From Phoronis australis (Eukaryota > Animalia > Phoronida), in NCBI GenBank assembly GCA_002633005.1, contig NMRA01000536.1, positions 76,195 to 140,194 on the forward strand: a stretch of DNA of 64,000 nt, read 5' to 3'. Positions 11,267 through 22,866 of the stretch are shown one piece after another; within the stretch, counting starts at the first letter, position 1, and each line of letters opens with the position of its first letter. The notes beneath the pieces are model-generated. The model did no database searches and was not told the DNA's origin. It saw nothing but the letters and a program-made list of their open reading frames with translations. The position numbers and the translations under genes were made by a program.

Positions 11267-11439
11267 TTTTGCCCAGCTGTCATGATGGGGAATTATGGGT
11301 CATTTTGTCTGTATACTTTTGCCCAGCTGTCATGATGGGGAATTATGGGTCATTTTGTCTGTATACTTTTGCCCAGCTGTCATGATGGGGAATTATGGGT
11401 CATTTTGTCTGTATACTTTTGCCCAGCTGTCATGATGGG
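11267..11439. repeat. 50-bp tandem repeat x3.5 within a dispersed repeat
   Basis: ttttgcccagctgtcatgatggggaattatgggtcattttgtctgtatac repeated exactly; related sequence at ~52160-52195 and (inverted, adjacent part) ~38220-38335. Confidence 0.93.
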
Positions 11440-12094
11440 TCGCTTTGTCAGATTACTTTGGGCTTGTAGTGAATACTTCTGGCAACAAGTTCATCCAAGT
11501 TAGGCAGAGACTGACAAAATTCTGGCAAAATCTGTCCAGTTTATGATGAAAAGTACAGTACACCTTGAAAATATGAGTGAAGATCCGTTTTGGAACCAAA
11601 GAACCATACCCTGATGCGGTAGGTGTACAGCCGTTCCGTCCATATCCCACAGAATTGATTCACTGGCTGTACACATATCACATTAAGGTACTGTTCTTTG
11701 GTTCCAAAAAAGGATCTTCACTTAATATTTTCATCACTTAAATGGAACCCAGTAATATACAAGTCACCGACTGTACACCTTGTTGTTACATGAAAGTAGG
11801 GTAGTTCGTGGACAGTTACATGTATGCCTTCTTGCGTGGATTTAATGCATTGGCATGTTTTAGTTTTTATAAATTCTTCACAACCATCATGTCATCAAAG
11901 TTAGGTTTGTACAATTGTATATCTGGGTTACTTGATCAAGGCTGCCAAAGACGGAGAGCAACAAGTTGAGCTGTCTGGCTCAAGTGAATGATAGATGAGC
12001 TGACATCAAGTCATGAATACAATGTATGAAAACAATTGAAGGAATTAGTTGCAAGTTCATTCAACTGTCCTAGCCTTGATGTGAGCTGTAAGGC

Positions 12095-12235
12095 AGACAG
12101 CTCACCCCATAGCTATCCATCTGTGCTGACCCTAAGCTATCATTCACTTGCGGTGGACACCTCAGCTCATAACTCTCTGTCTGTGCTAGTCCTAAGCTAT
12201 GGTTCACTTGAGGAAGACAGCTCAGCTCGTGACCC
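12095..12235. repeat. Diverged 60-bp tandem repeat (~2.3 copies) downstream of ZNF-B
   Basis: gacagctca..tctgtgct..cctaagctat..ttcacttg recurring at 60-bp spacing. Confidence 0.75.
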
Positions 12236-12490
12236 TTAAACAAGTAACCCATTAACGGTAATACAAACACCCAACTTTCAACTACATTCTGGAAGAAAAA
12301 AAATATTGTTGAACCACAAGAACATATCAAGATCAGATTACACCAATAATTCTTAAAGGTGTGCAACAGTACCATGGTGTGTACATGTATGCTTGCCAAG
12401 GTTGCTTCCTTTTACAAAACATGCCCGCCCCAACATGCATGTTTGTAAGACTTTCACCAACATAAAAGTTTACATCCTTTGCCACGCGCA

Positions 12491-13666
12491 TTACACTTGT
12501 ATGCTGTGCCAGTGGGTCTGCATGTGATTTTCAAGAGTGTTTCGTTTTGCATAAGACATTCCACACTCAACACATTTGTATGGTCTCTCATCAGTATGTA
12601 TTCTACTGTGATTGACAAGCTCACCCTTAAGTTTGAAAGACTTTCCACACACAGTGCACTTAAATGGTCTTTCACCGGTGTGTGTTCTGATGTGTCCGAT
12701 AAGATTCCCCTTCTGTTTAAATGACATTCCGCACTCAGCGCACTTGTATGGCTTTTCACCAGTGTGTTCCCTTGTGTGAATGACGAGAGTGCTGCTTTGT
12801 CTGAGATATTTCCCACACACAGTACACCTGTAGGGTTTTTCACCAGTGTGCGTTCTAGTATGACTGATAAAATGTCCCTTTCTATTAAACAGTTTTCCAC
12901 ACTCAGTACACTTGTATGGTCTCTCACCCGTGTGTGTTCTCGTGTGAACAACAAGACCATAATTGCTTGGAAACGTCTTTGGGCACACAGTACACTTGTA
13001 TGGTCTCATACCGGTGTGGATTCTTGAGTGAATACCAAGACTAAGTCTGCTTGGAAATGACTTACCACACATAAAGCATTTGTAGACCTCTCCATTATGT
13101 GCCCTGAAATGCAGTTCAAGCAAGTTCTTGTGTTTGAATAATTTGCCGCATTCATGACACTCATACAGCTGGACAGAATAAGAATGTTTTATTATGGTCA
13201 GCGATTTGTCACTAACGTCAGTCGCAGCACTGCCTTCCATGCCCTCGTCCTTGTTACACTCCATTTTGAACTCAGTTGGTGCAAACAGATTGGTTCCGGC
13301 AAGACTCTCGATTCCATCATAATTGGTCAAAACTTCATTCAACTCTTGTTTGATACTTACAATCCGATCACACGCACTGTCAGAAGTATTAGGTCCACTA
13401 CAGTCTCCATTAACATCCTCATTCAAGCAGACTCTCTCTCCATTCATATCCCTTGCATTGCCAACAATATTAATCCCATTGCAATCTTCGTTCACTGCCT
13501 CTTCAATATAGCACCTATCTTCACTCTGGTTCCAGGCAATGGCACCAACGTCAGCTCCACTAAATTCGAAGTCATAGTCAACATTCAAGTTTTGATAATT
13601 TTTACGGAGCGACGTCACAACCAAATCTCTGTAACCCATGTCAGCCATTTCTTGTTTTAATGTCAT
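12491..13666 (-). CDS. C2H2 zinc-finger protein B (391 aa from own ATG; 8 fingers); exon starts at 13698 and may be the 3' exon of a THAP-ZNF fusion
   Basis: 8 CxxC..HxxxH fingers with TGE(R/K)PY linkers; N-terminus homologous to ZNF-A/C; acceptor tatttcag at 13699-13700. Confidence 0.92.
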   Translation of the reverse strand: MTLKQEMADMGYRDLVVTSLRKNYQNLNVDYDFEFSGADVGAIAWNQSEDRCYIEEAVNEDCNGINIVGNARDMNGERVCLNEDVNGDCSGPNTSDSACDRIVSIKQELNEVLTNYDGIESLAGTNLFAPTEFKMECNKDEGMEGSAATDVSDKSLTIIKHSYSVQLYECHECGKLFKHKNLLELHFRAHNGEVYKCFMCGKSFPSRLSLGIHSRIHTGMRPYKCTVCPKTFPSNYGLVVHTRTHTGERPYKCTECGKLFNRKGHFISHTRTHTGEKPYRCTVCGKYLRQSSTLVIHTREHTGEKPYKCAECGMSFKQKGNLIGHIRTHTGERPFKCTVCGKSFKLKGELVNHSRIHTDERPYKCVECGMSYAKRNTLENHMQTHWHSIQV

Positions 13667-14310
13667 CTCACAAAATTTTTCTTCATGTGTGGTAACACCT
13701 GAAATAAAAAAATAAACTGAAAACTCAATACCCAGTCTTGGATTGTTCTCTTATGTTAAAAGTACAGTAGGCGGATTCTTGAAAAAGCCTAATAACTTAG
13801 ATACTACTTATCTAGCTTAACATCACTTTTATGTATTCAAGAGCTAGTTCATATAGAAATATGGACAAATATGAGGAAATTTCATATTCGTGATCTGACA
13901 TGCGCAAGGGATTGGCCTAATTTTTTTTTATTACATACACAACCACTGTTTTTTCTATGCTCTGATCTTTTCACCTCGATGTACAGACATCACAGCTCAG
14001 CTCATGAGCTGAATCCATTCTGTAAAAGTTTCATAAGTTAATGAATTTTTTTAGCATGGAGTCTAAACAAAGTTTTGTTGCAAGTCTCCATTCAGATTAA
14101 AGTGTAAATTGCAAGGTCTAAGTATGTTAAATTGTAATAATATTTTCAAGATATTGTTAGTTGGATATATCTTCTTCCAATTATCATGTTATTGTGTCTG
14201 TAGTTACGTTAAAAAGCGAAAATTAAAAAAAATCCGCGAAAAGTTGACCTTTGACACCGTGACATGGTGTTGGGGAACACAAACTAGATCAATATCCCAC
14301 AATGCAGTTT

Positions 14311-14800
14311 NNNNNNNNNNNNNNNNNNNNNNNNNNNNNNNNNNNNNNNNNNNNNNNNNNNNNNNNNNNNNNNNNNNNNNNNNNNNNNNNNNNNNNNNNN
14401 NNNNNNNNNNNNNNNNNNNNNNNNNNNNNNNNNNNNNNNNNNNNNNNNNNNNNNNNNNNNNNNNNNNNNNNNNNNNNNNNNNNNNNNNNNNNNNNNNNNN
14501 NNNNNNNNNNNNNNNNNNNNNNNNNNNNNNNNNNNNNNNNNNNNNNNNNNNNNNNNNNNNNNNNNNNNNNNNNNNNNNNNNNNNNNNNNNNNNNNNNNNN
14601 NNNNNNNNNNNNNNNNNNNNNNNNNNNNNNNNNNNNNNNNNNNNNNNNNNNNNNNNNNNNNNNNNNNNNNNNNNNNNNNNNNNNNNNNNNNNNNNNNNNN
14701 NNNNNNNNNNNNNNNNNNNNNNNNNNNNNNNNNNNNNNNNNNNNNNNNNNNNNNNNNNNNNNNNNNNNNNNNNNNNNNNNNNNNNNNNNNNNNNNNNNNN
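14311..14800. other. Assembly gap (N run)
   Basis: Run of N characters. Confidence 1.
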
Positions 14801-17356
14801 NATCTCGGGACACCATGGAGTTCAGGGTGTTGTACCTCAGACGGTACAGGGTGTGAATTAACAAGACCACAAGTACACAGACCAGTGGATGAGCAAGCAA
14901 AATTGGGTTGCCGCAAGTTAAATCTTTTTTAGGTTTACATCTGGGGTAAAGCTCGTAACGCTAGAACTTCGCTAAAAAGCAAGAATAGTCATGAAATTAC
15001 CTGATGTATTGTGTTTTTGAATTGAAAGCGTGATTTTGGCTAGATTTTTGTATTTCCCAAGACAGCTACTGAACTCTACCCTAGTCTGCGACCAGGGGCG
15101 CAAGGGTGAGAATCTCACGAACACGCTAGACTGCAGACGTCGAGACGTTTGGTGAGGCATTGCAAACGAAGCACACGATCACACTATCTTCTTTAGCGAG
15201 ATTCTTGCATCTTCGATGCTTATCAGAGAGCAGCAGACAATTTGTAAGGGTAATGAAACGTGGTTACGTGGATGTACATTAGTTTTTGATATGTGTTATA
15301 GCACACCGGCGCTTACACAACATAGGACAGGGATGTAATGTCTCTGTAACAATTGCGTGTGCGCCGCGCCCCTTTCTGAGTGCTGGGCCTTGCACTATGT
15401 TTCATTTTTAACCAGCTTTACTTTGGCTCCGTCTCATTCGGCTGCAGCTGTTTACTATCTACACTACTTTGAACGCGCGATATCGTACGAACAAACTTAG
15501 CTGTGGTCTATTGTGAATGGGGGCCTAAACAAAAAATATTTCTCATCACGTCAAGAATAAAATCGGGACACGTCGCCGGAGATTTTAGCCACTAACAAGG
15601 GCATTTGCAAAGGCCAGGACGTTTTAAAAATAAAAACGTTTCGTAAACACGCAAGTTGATGTCAGGCGTGCAAGTTCAATGTCACAGTCCTAAGTCGAAC
15701 AACACGGTCTAATTAAACCAGAGCACATTTTACGCTACAACGAAAAACTGCAGCCTTCGGTGTATTTCCCATTTGTATTTTCATCAGAAATTTTCGTCAT
15801 GCGGTGACTCTTTCCATAGCTAAAGCGCCAAACACAAGCTAAACGCAAGACAATCGAGTAACGGTCATGACATCGTCAAGACAAGGTAAAAATTACAAAG
15901 CCCGTTACACCAATTCTCCGATTCAAGCCTTATAGAGTAGTAATCATCCGTTGAACGCTTTAGTGACACGGGAGTTGCGTCGATCCCAAATTAGCGTTTC
16001 TAAAATTTTCCTTGTCCGAAAGTCGCGGGGCAAAAATCCGACGTTTATCACATTGTCCGAAGTTCGAAGATCATTAAAAAACAGTTTGTGGATCTTGTAC
16101 GAATTTCGTGGACTATGAAAAACTCATTTCGGAAATATTTATTCTTGGTCGAAAATGGCGGGCCGTCCGAAAATCACGCGACTTTACCGTAATCTCTGAG
16201 GAGACATCACTGTGTTACGATGGGGGACAGAACCAGTTTTGGGTAAAATCATTCAAATGGCTTTAAGTGAGAATATCCTTAATGGAGGTGAAACGGTTTG
16301 AAACTTTTGCTTTTGGTTCAATTCAGTTTTTTTGGCTCGCGGTTCCAAATGGCTCAAAGCTATTTTAGATAACTACCGAATCTTTCTAAATAAGAAATGT
16401 GTTTAGCACTTGACAAACCATCTAAAAATAATTATGATTTTCCCTAGCAATTGTTTTTCATGAAAAAATCAACGAGTGCTGTGCATTCACCATATCACCT
16501 GCTACACTTATGCCGTAGTGACTTCACCTGGGAAATGAACTGTTTGCGTTTCAAATGAGCCAGCGTATTTGTCGCTTGACCAGTGGGCTAATAAAACATT
16601 CAATCACAAACTTGTCAAATGTTTCAGTTATCACTTTTAACACCTAACAATCCTGCACTTTGGGCATATGTGCAGTCCTCACCACGGTCATCAATACAAA
16701 TATTGTCAGCTGTGTTTTTTTTTAATAAAATAATCACTTTGGGGGTTCCATATTTTGGGAAACAGTTTTCTCAGACGTCAAAATGATTAATCTGATTCTC
16801 AAAGATGGTAGACTATTGATGTGTTGACAAGTTTCCATGCCCTAACATCCAAGAAATATCAGCTTGATTGGCAAGTTGGAACTATCATATGACTGAGCAT
16901 GTAGAAAGATGACACCGGTCTTCAAATCCAGATCCACAAATAAAGAAAAAGTGTCAGTAACACTCAGGACAACAAACTGAATGCAATATCCAATTACATA
17001 ACTGGAGTATCTGGCTTTAAAGATGCATAGTCTCATTAAATTGTGAATATGCAAATGAAGTACTAATTTAAAAACAAACCATCCAACAACCAGTTCCCAT
17101 TACAACCTCAAAGTATCATTTTGAGAGACTATTTTTATGTAAATGAGTATGGTAATATTTCATTGTTACCCTAGAATGAAACAAGGCACAGTTTTCATTA
17201 TAACCTGTTAAATTTCACTAAAAAATAACGATAGCACAAGATTTCTAGTTTTTTTGTATGCTCAAACATATTTTTAAGTGTATCACTTGTGACGTTTTCT
17301 TAAAACCGTAATTCCTTTACGGTACGAATTATTTCTTTTCCTTAGTTCTCCAGGAA

Positions 17357-17374
17357 GTCACTAGGTGGCGCTAG
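17357..17374 (+). promoter_or_regulatory. CTCF-like motif
   Basis: GTCACTAGGTGGCGCTAG. Confidence 0.4.
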
Positions 17375-18274
17375 CTAAAAACTAAAATAGTCAGTTTTAC
17401 TGAGACATGGCATCTTTAATTACATATTTGGCAGAAAATTGAGCTAACCTAGTGTTCCATGAGGAATATATCAATTTCAGAAGCCAAACAGTTAAAAAAT
17501 CGCCACTTCCAGCTAATAGTAGTGTAATACCAATTTATTTCAGCAGTTGATAAAGGCATCGCTACTACAGTAAACAAGTCTCACGACTCAACACAAAAGC
17601 AGCTTACAATTAGATAAGTGCTGGTCATGCGGAATTTGATGAAACCAGCAGGACCTTGCACAAATAGATGACGGCCGGGGTAATTACGGTCAAACCTTGT
17701 TACAATGATCAACCTCCCGCGATCTATGTTATTTGCCAACGAGGTTCGCTGCAATCGAAACAACTAACAGAAAATAAAAAATGTAGAATTGATTATCCAC
17801 TATTTTTCATGTACATGTAAGGCTGTGTGCAGCAAATTGAATACGCAGTACACATATACAATTGATCAGTCGCGTGTGACCAATTTGAGACTCACATGCA
17901 CTGGTTCCCTGTAAAGTTGGTGAATAAAAAGTTACCAACTGGTACATCCATATTGGTATATATTAATTATAACTGTATGAATGTTGTACACGTCTTTGTA
18001 AAACTAAGCATAGAAAAAGTATTTTGCATTAGAGAAAAATGAGACTTCCAGAATGGAACATTATCATTATCAAGCAAATGTCATAAATAGGAGGATTCAT
18101 TGCAATGCAATTTTTATGGGCAGCGAAAAGGTTCAAAATAGACACCAGTGCCAAATAAACAAGTGGTTTGACAAACAGACAAGTGGTTTGCTAAACAGAC
18201 AAGTGATTTGTCAAATAAACAGTTGCAATGAAACCTATATCATAATATACATTATTGAAACCCAACAAAAGTAT

Positions 18275-18775
18275 TCATAAACAGAAATGCTCACCTTTAA
18301 CATGTACACCAGGGTTAGAGGTGCGTAACACATCCAACGACAATGAAATTGATTTGACAGTAGTAATGAAGCTGTAACTATGATCCATGAGGTGGGCTGT
18401 CTTGAGAGGGACAACAACACATCGCTTGACCACATGGTCCTCGCCCTCTCTAGGTCCTGGTCTGGGACGTCTTGCCGCCGTTCGCACAACCTTCAATTCA
18501 CTCTCAGTGGGACTGGGAGCAGCTGGAATTGGGTCAGGATGTTGTTCAGTTGGCCCTTGGCCCCCAACAAAGTGTTTGGAGCAAATATAAGTATACTTAG
18601 TCACATTTGCAACAGAGAAGTCTTTCCTACCACACCTCACAATCCAGAGTTGGCACTTCGCAAGATTCGACTTTGGTTTCGGAAAATTAATGAAGAATAC
18701 ACCGGCCATGCGTTCTCGCTCGCTGTACCTCGAATCGCTGTTGCACCCTCCATAACAACAATGCTTTACCGGCAT
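18275..18775 (-). CDS. THAP-domain protein exon (THAP-A) with HCF-1-binding-type motif DHSY; probably spliced at donor 18295/18294
   Basis: MPVKHCCYGGCNSDSRY..FFINFPKP..W..CGR..YICSKHF..GPT..PDPIP fits the C2CH THAP signature (C, C, P, W, C, H, F, P); LMDHSY downstream; consensus donor AAG|GTGAGC 20 nt before the stop. Confidence 0.85.
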   Translation of the reverse strand: MPVKHCCYGGCNSDSRYSERERMAGVFFINFPKPKSNLAKCQLWIVRCGRKDFSVANVTKYTYICSKHFVGGQGPTEQHPDPIPAAPSPTESELKVVRTAARRPRPGPREGEDHVVKRCVVVPLKTAHLMDHSYSFITTVKSISLSLDVLRTSNPGVHVKGEHFCL

Positions 18776-18945
18776 TTTGCAGAATAAAGCACGTGAATAC
18801 CACACATGTCACATATAGAAGTTAAATAATTACCAAAGAATCCTTCGTACTTGACGTATAGCTACACAGCAGGTAGGTAAAAATGCGAAATAATGCCGAT
18901 TTTTCGTTCACGGCAGTTCAGCTGTTGCGGAAATACAGCTTGTCC

Positions 18946-18964
18946 CACTTCCTATGACGTCATA
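18946..18964. promoter_or_regulatory. ETS-like + CRE composite site upstream of THAP-A
   Basis: CACTTCC followed by palindrome TATGACGTCATA, ~180 bp upstream of the ATG. Confidence 0.45.
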
Positions 18965-19359
18965 CGAACAATCGCGTTCACAAACGTGATCTCAGTTCGC
19001 TCCACTGGAAATGCGTGGATGGCACCGCGAGGGATGGCACAGGCGTCTGAGGTCTCAAATTGATAGCTTGCAAAATAAAGGTCGTTTTATCAAAGACGCT
19101 ACGGTCTCTGGTTTTATGTGAGCGGAGACACGAGGAACCGTTAGATTCAACTGCTTGTTGTTGCACAGCCACTCTCAGTATCATCCACTGATTAAGGCAA
19201 ATCTTACGCTAACAGGATTTGCACGCCATTTGACGAGAAAAACGTGCACTCTAAGTTACCCAGAGTATTAGGAAATGACCACCAGAGTATCAGCAGCGAA
19301 GACCTCAACGGCACGTCAAAGGCTTGATGACGCCATCACGAACTGAAGTGAGCAAGTCT

Positions 19360-19840
19360 ATGGGACGCGGAAAAACAAAAAATAGTTGGAAAAATCAAAC
19401 CTACTTCGTAAAAATCAAACCCGGTTAATTCGTAAAAATCAACCGTTTTTGGAAAATCAATCTTAACTCGTAAAAATCAAATTTGTTTGGAATATCAGAC
19501 CTCTCGGTGGAAACGGTATAAGCGCACGGAAAGGGCAAAATTATGAATCAGATTAGATTTTACCTGCGGAAAAGACGAAAAATAGTTAATAGAAAAATCA
19601 AACATAATTCGTAAAAATCAAACCCAATTCGTAAAAATCCATACTGTTTAGAAAATTAATCCTAAGTCGTAAAAACCAAACATAATTTGTAAAAATCAAT
19701 CCTATTGGGAAAATGAAACCTATCCCATTAAAATAAAACTTGTTGGTGGAAACTGGAACTACCTAACTGCGCGGAAAGGCAAAATTACGAATTAAGTTTG
19801 ATTTTTCTTCTAACTATCTTTGCCGTTTCCGCGGCCCGTA
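19360..19840. mobile_element. Foldback/MITE-like element with imperfect TIRs and an internal TCGTAAAAATCAA array
   Basis: tatgggacgcggaaa..aatagtt..gaaaaatcaaac at the left end mirrored by gtttgattttt..aactat..tttccgcggcccgta at the right; two ~200-230 bp internal units. Confidence 0.6.
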
Positions 19841-19914
19841 TTAGTCGCTGTTCATGGGCTTCGTTGGCTGAACGTGCTGGATGAGATACTTGCGGTCACA
19901 AACCAACACTCCAC

Positions 19915-20035
19915 GTTTAGCGTACGAGTTTCAAAGTCAAAAATAAGTATTGTAAACGACAAACATGACTGTTTTTAAAGTTGAAAAGTAAATATATAGT
20001 AGCTGTCTCCGTCTTTGAATTTTTAAAATCGATGT
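19915..20035 (-). promoter_or_regulatory. Paralog of the 7507-7632 block; putative promoter/first exon of the ZNF-B locus
   Basis: gtttagcgtac..caaagt..aacatgactgtttttaaagttgaaaa..ccgtctttgaattttt..aaatcg. Confidence 0.45.
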
Positions 20036-22866
20036 ATTGATGAGAGAAATTAGCGAACAAGTTATTAGGTCGGCGTTGGGGTAGCACCAAAAGTCCAAAT
20101 GTTAGCGTAGGAGTTGTCTCATGATGCATACAAGCCGGTTCGTTCCCTGGACAAAGCTTCAGACGCAGATATCTCTTTTGATCGCATGCCCAATTAGTAG
20201 TTCTGGGAATGGCGCCACTGATCTCGCGTAGTGTTAGCGCAACCCGCACCCTCCGGTCGATTCTAAGTATCGCCTCCGAAGCCACCCAGCACCCCGAGAT
20301 CCCCTCAGTTGCAGCAATAGTCCGACACCCGATTTACCTCCTGACTTCCCGCCATCGGCCTGTCGACACTGCATGGAGTTCTAAAGGATATTTATCATAT
20401 CCGGCCCCGGCAGCAACAGTTTTAACTCCGTCCTCGCCCCTGCTTCCCCCCCCCCTCCCGGGGGCTCTAGTTCGGTCGCTTTATCAAGGCCGTAAAAGGG
20501 TAGACATGCATATTATCACTGACAGAGAACTTAAGGACACAAACAAACTTCGCCTTGACCTAGCTTTTGGAGCTGGTGCTATTGAATGTGAAATGTCAAA
20601 CTCTGGAAGTCTTGTTTGATTCTCAACAGGAATTTCATGATCATGTTGATTCTTTATGCAAATAAGCGGCTACAGAGTTTCTGTCCTGTTTAGATTACGG
20701 CGACATCTTTTGGACTCCTATAAAAAATGAACTTCTGGCATTATGCTTTGTCAGGTACCACTTCACATAATTATACTATTCCCTGGACTGGTGTCTATAT
20801 GATATATGTGCAGGTCTAGAGTCGAATGGATTCGCAGAATTCAGTGAAAAGCTTCAGTTTCGTGCTTTTGAGTTTGTACGGCTGTGAATCACCCTACACT
20901 GTTTTACTATCGTAAATCATGCGAATGCCCCCCCCAACCTTATGAAAAATATTACTCTTGATTGAAAAGTCTTCAAACATAGACCATGTCATCTAAAGTG
21001 CCTCAAGGTTAGACAGCTGTCGTACTACATTAGTAAAACCAAAGCTCTAACTGTGTCTAGATTTGGATGCTGCAGCTTAGGATACCAGTTCTATTCACCA
21101 TCACGGTGTTTTCCTGTGGAGCGCACCCTACCTGCCTCTCAGAAGCTGTTCTTGCATAAGAGATTCACAACTGATGTGAAGTTTTTAAACGTGTGAATGT
21201 CAGCAACAGATGTAGACAACAAAGGCAAGTACAGGACAGCCACGGATGCCAAAGGCGTACCCCCTGGGATTTATATGGATATACATGTACAATTTTATGC
21301 CCCTTGCCAGAGACGGGTGCACCTGGAGCAATACAACTTTGCATTCCTTTGAAGTTGATGTAAAGACGCTGCACAGGTGAAAAATGAAAATTCTTTCCTA
21401 AAATCATTTTGAATGATTGCAGCCGCATGCAGTCTATGAGATATTCAACAACCTTTAACGATCAGATGTTGGTTCTTATTCTAGAGAATTATTTTTGCAG
21501 TTTCATAACTCTAATATAGGAAGTGTTACATGTTTTGAAATCAGTATGTTGATTATTCTCATTCAAATAAGCATGACCAGTTTGCTGAGATTGAACGGGA
21601 AAGTAGAACACAAGATTTAATATTCAACTAGCACAAACTAATAAAAGAATTCGTGTTTGACAGCGTACAAGTTGGTTTATGACTTTGGAAGTCATCATGG
21701 CTGTTCAGTAGTCCAAATTCACCCCTAATTGGGTAATTTTTCATGTGGCTGAATCACAAAGTGAATAACATCTCTCGTAAGGGTGGCTAAAAGCTGCTCC
21801 AGTTGGTTTTCTGGTTCTCATGACATGTTTACATCCTACCTCGTGCCCAGAAAAAGATCATATTGGGAAGGATCAATATTTTCAAATTATATTGTCAATA
21901 CGTTACATAAGTAGGAGCTGAACGTGACAAGTATGACAGGAGAGATGGGAACATCTTCGCCATGAAGACAACATATGCTCTAAAATGGCTAGGTATTTGC
22001 ATATCCGAGCATAACTATAATCTACACTAAAGAGGAAAAAACTTTCTATAAATGAGCCTAACTACAGACTTCCTTGACACAATTATTGTCCTTCAACATT
22101 AACGTTATCGAAATATCTGCATATTCAGCCAAATGTGTACAACACTGCAGAGCCTGTAGAATTAACTTTTTTTAATTACTTTTTACCAATCCATGTCTTA
22201 GTAAAATTTAGCTCAAACGTACGTTGATAGCAAACCTATTTTATCGATTACACGACCAAATTTCATTTTACATAAATATTCAAGATGAAATCTAAAAAAT
22301 GCAGTTACAGTTTTCTAAAGTATGACAGTCCAATCATTTAATTTTCGATTTAGACAAATTTGAAATTATTTCGTGTCTTTCTACTTTTGATAGCCCCTCA
22401 TGCAAAAGTGGAACATTTTAAAAACAACCCCTTAAACATCATGTTGGAGAACACGTCAAAGTATAGTGTGTGAAAGTTTCATATGAATTTGCCCACCAGT
22501 CATTTCTAAGATTTTCTAAAGTCGGCCAAATCTGAACATTTTTCTAGGGTCCGACGTAAACCTAATTAATTTCTAACAATTGATGACACCACCAGATCTC
22601 AAACGTGGCCTCCCTCTGCCACCAAGCATCGCCTTAAATTCCAAACTTCCTGCCCCAAAATTGACATCATATGTATATATTCCCCAAGTGAATGTACAGT
22701 ACAAAACTGATTCGCCGTAATGTGATTTGATTACATGCATCACAAAAGTGTTTTACTTCAACATAATATGTTCCAGATTGTTTCAACAGGTGACGGCAGA
22801 AAGAGTACATGTGATCAGGTTTCGACAAATCTCCCTTGGCACAACTGTGGGTAAAGACTTAGACAA

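Noticed and set aside
11267-11439. CRISPR-like array
   Set aside because: Identical 50-bp head-to-tail units, no spacers
12454-13660. Alternative-frame and antisense ORFs overlapping ZNF genes (also at 3920-5188 and 22815-24381)
   Set aside because: Shadow ORFs typical of repetitive zinc-finger coding sequence
14109-14916. Long ORFs across 14.1-14.9 kb
   Set aside because: Artefacts of the N gap
17896-17908. 13-nt candidate micro-exon (tttacag|GGAACCAGTGCAT|gtgagt, minus strand) downstream of THAP-A
   Set aside because: Cannot be supported without reads; inclusion would shift phase and break the THAP-ZNF frame, so it remains an untested alternative
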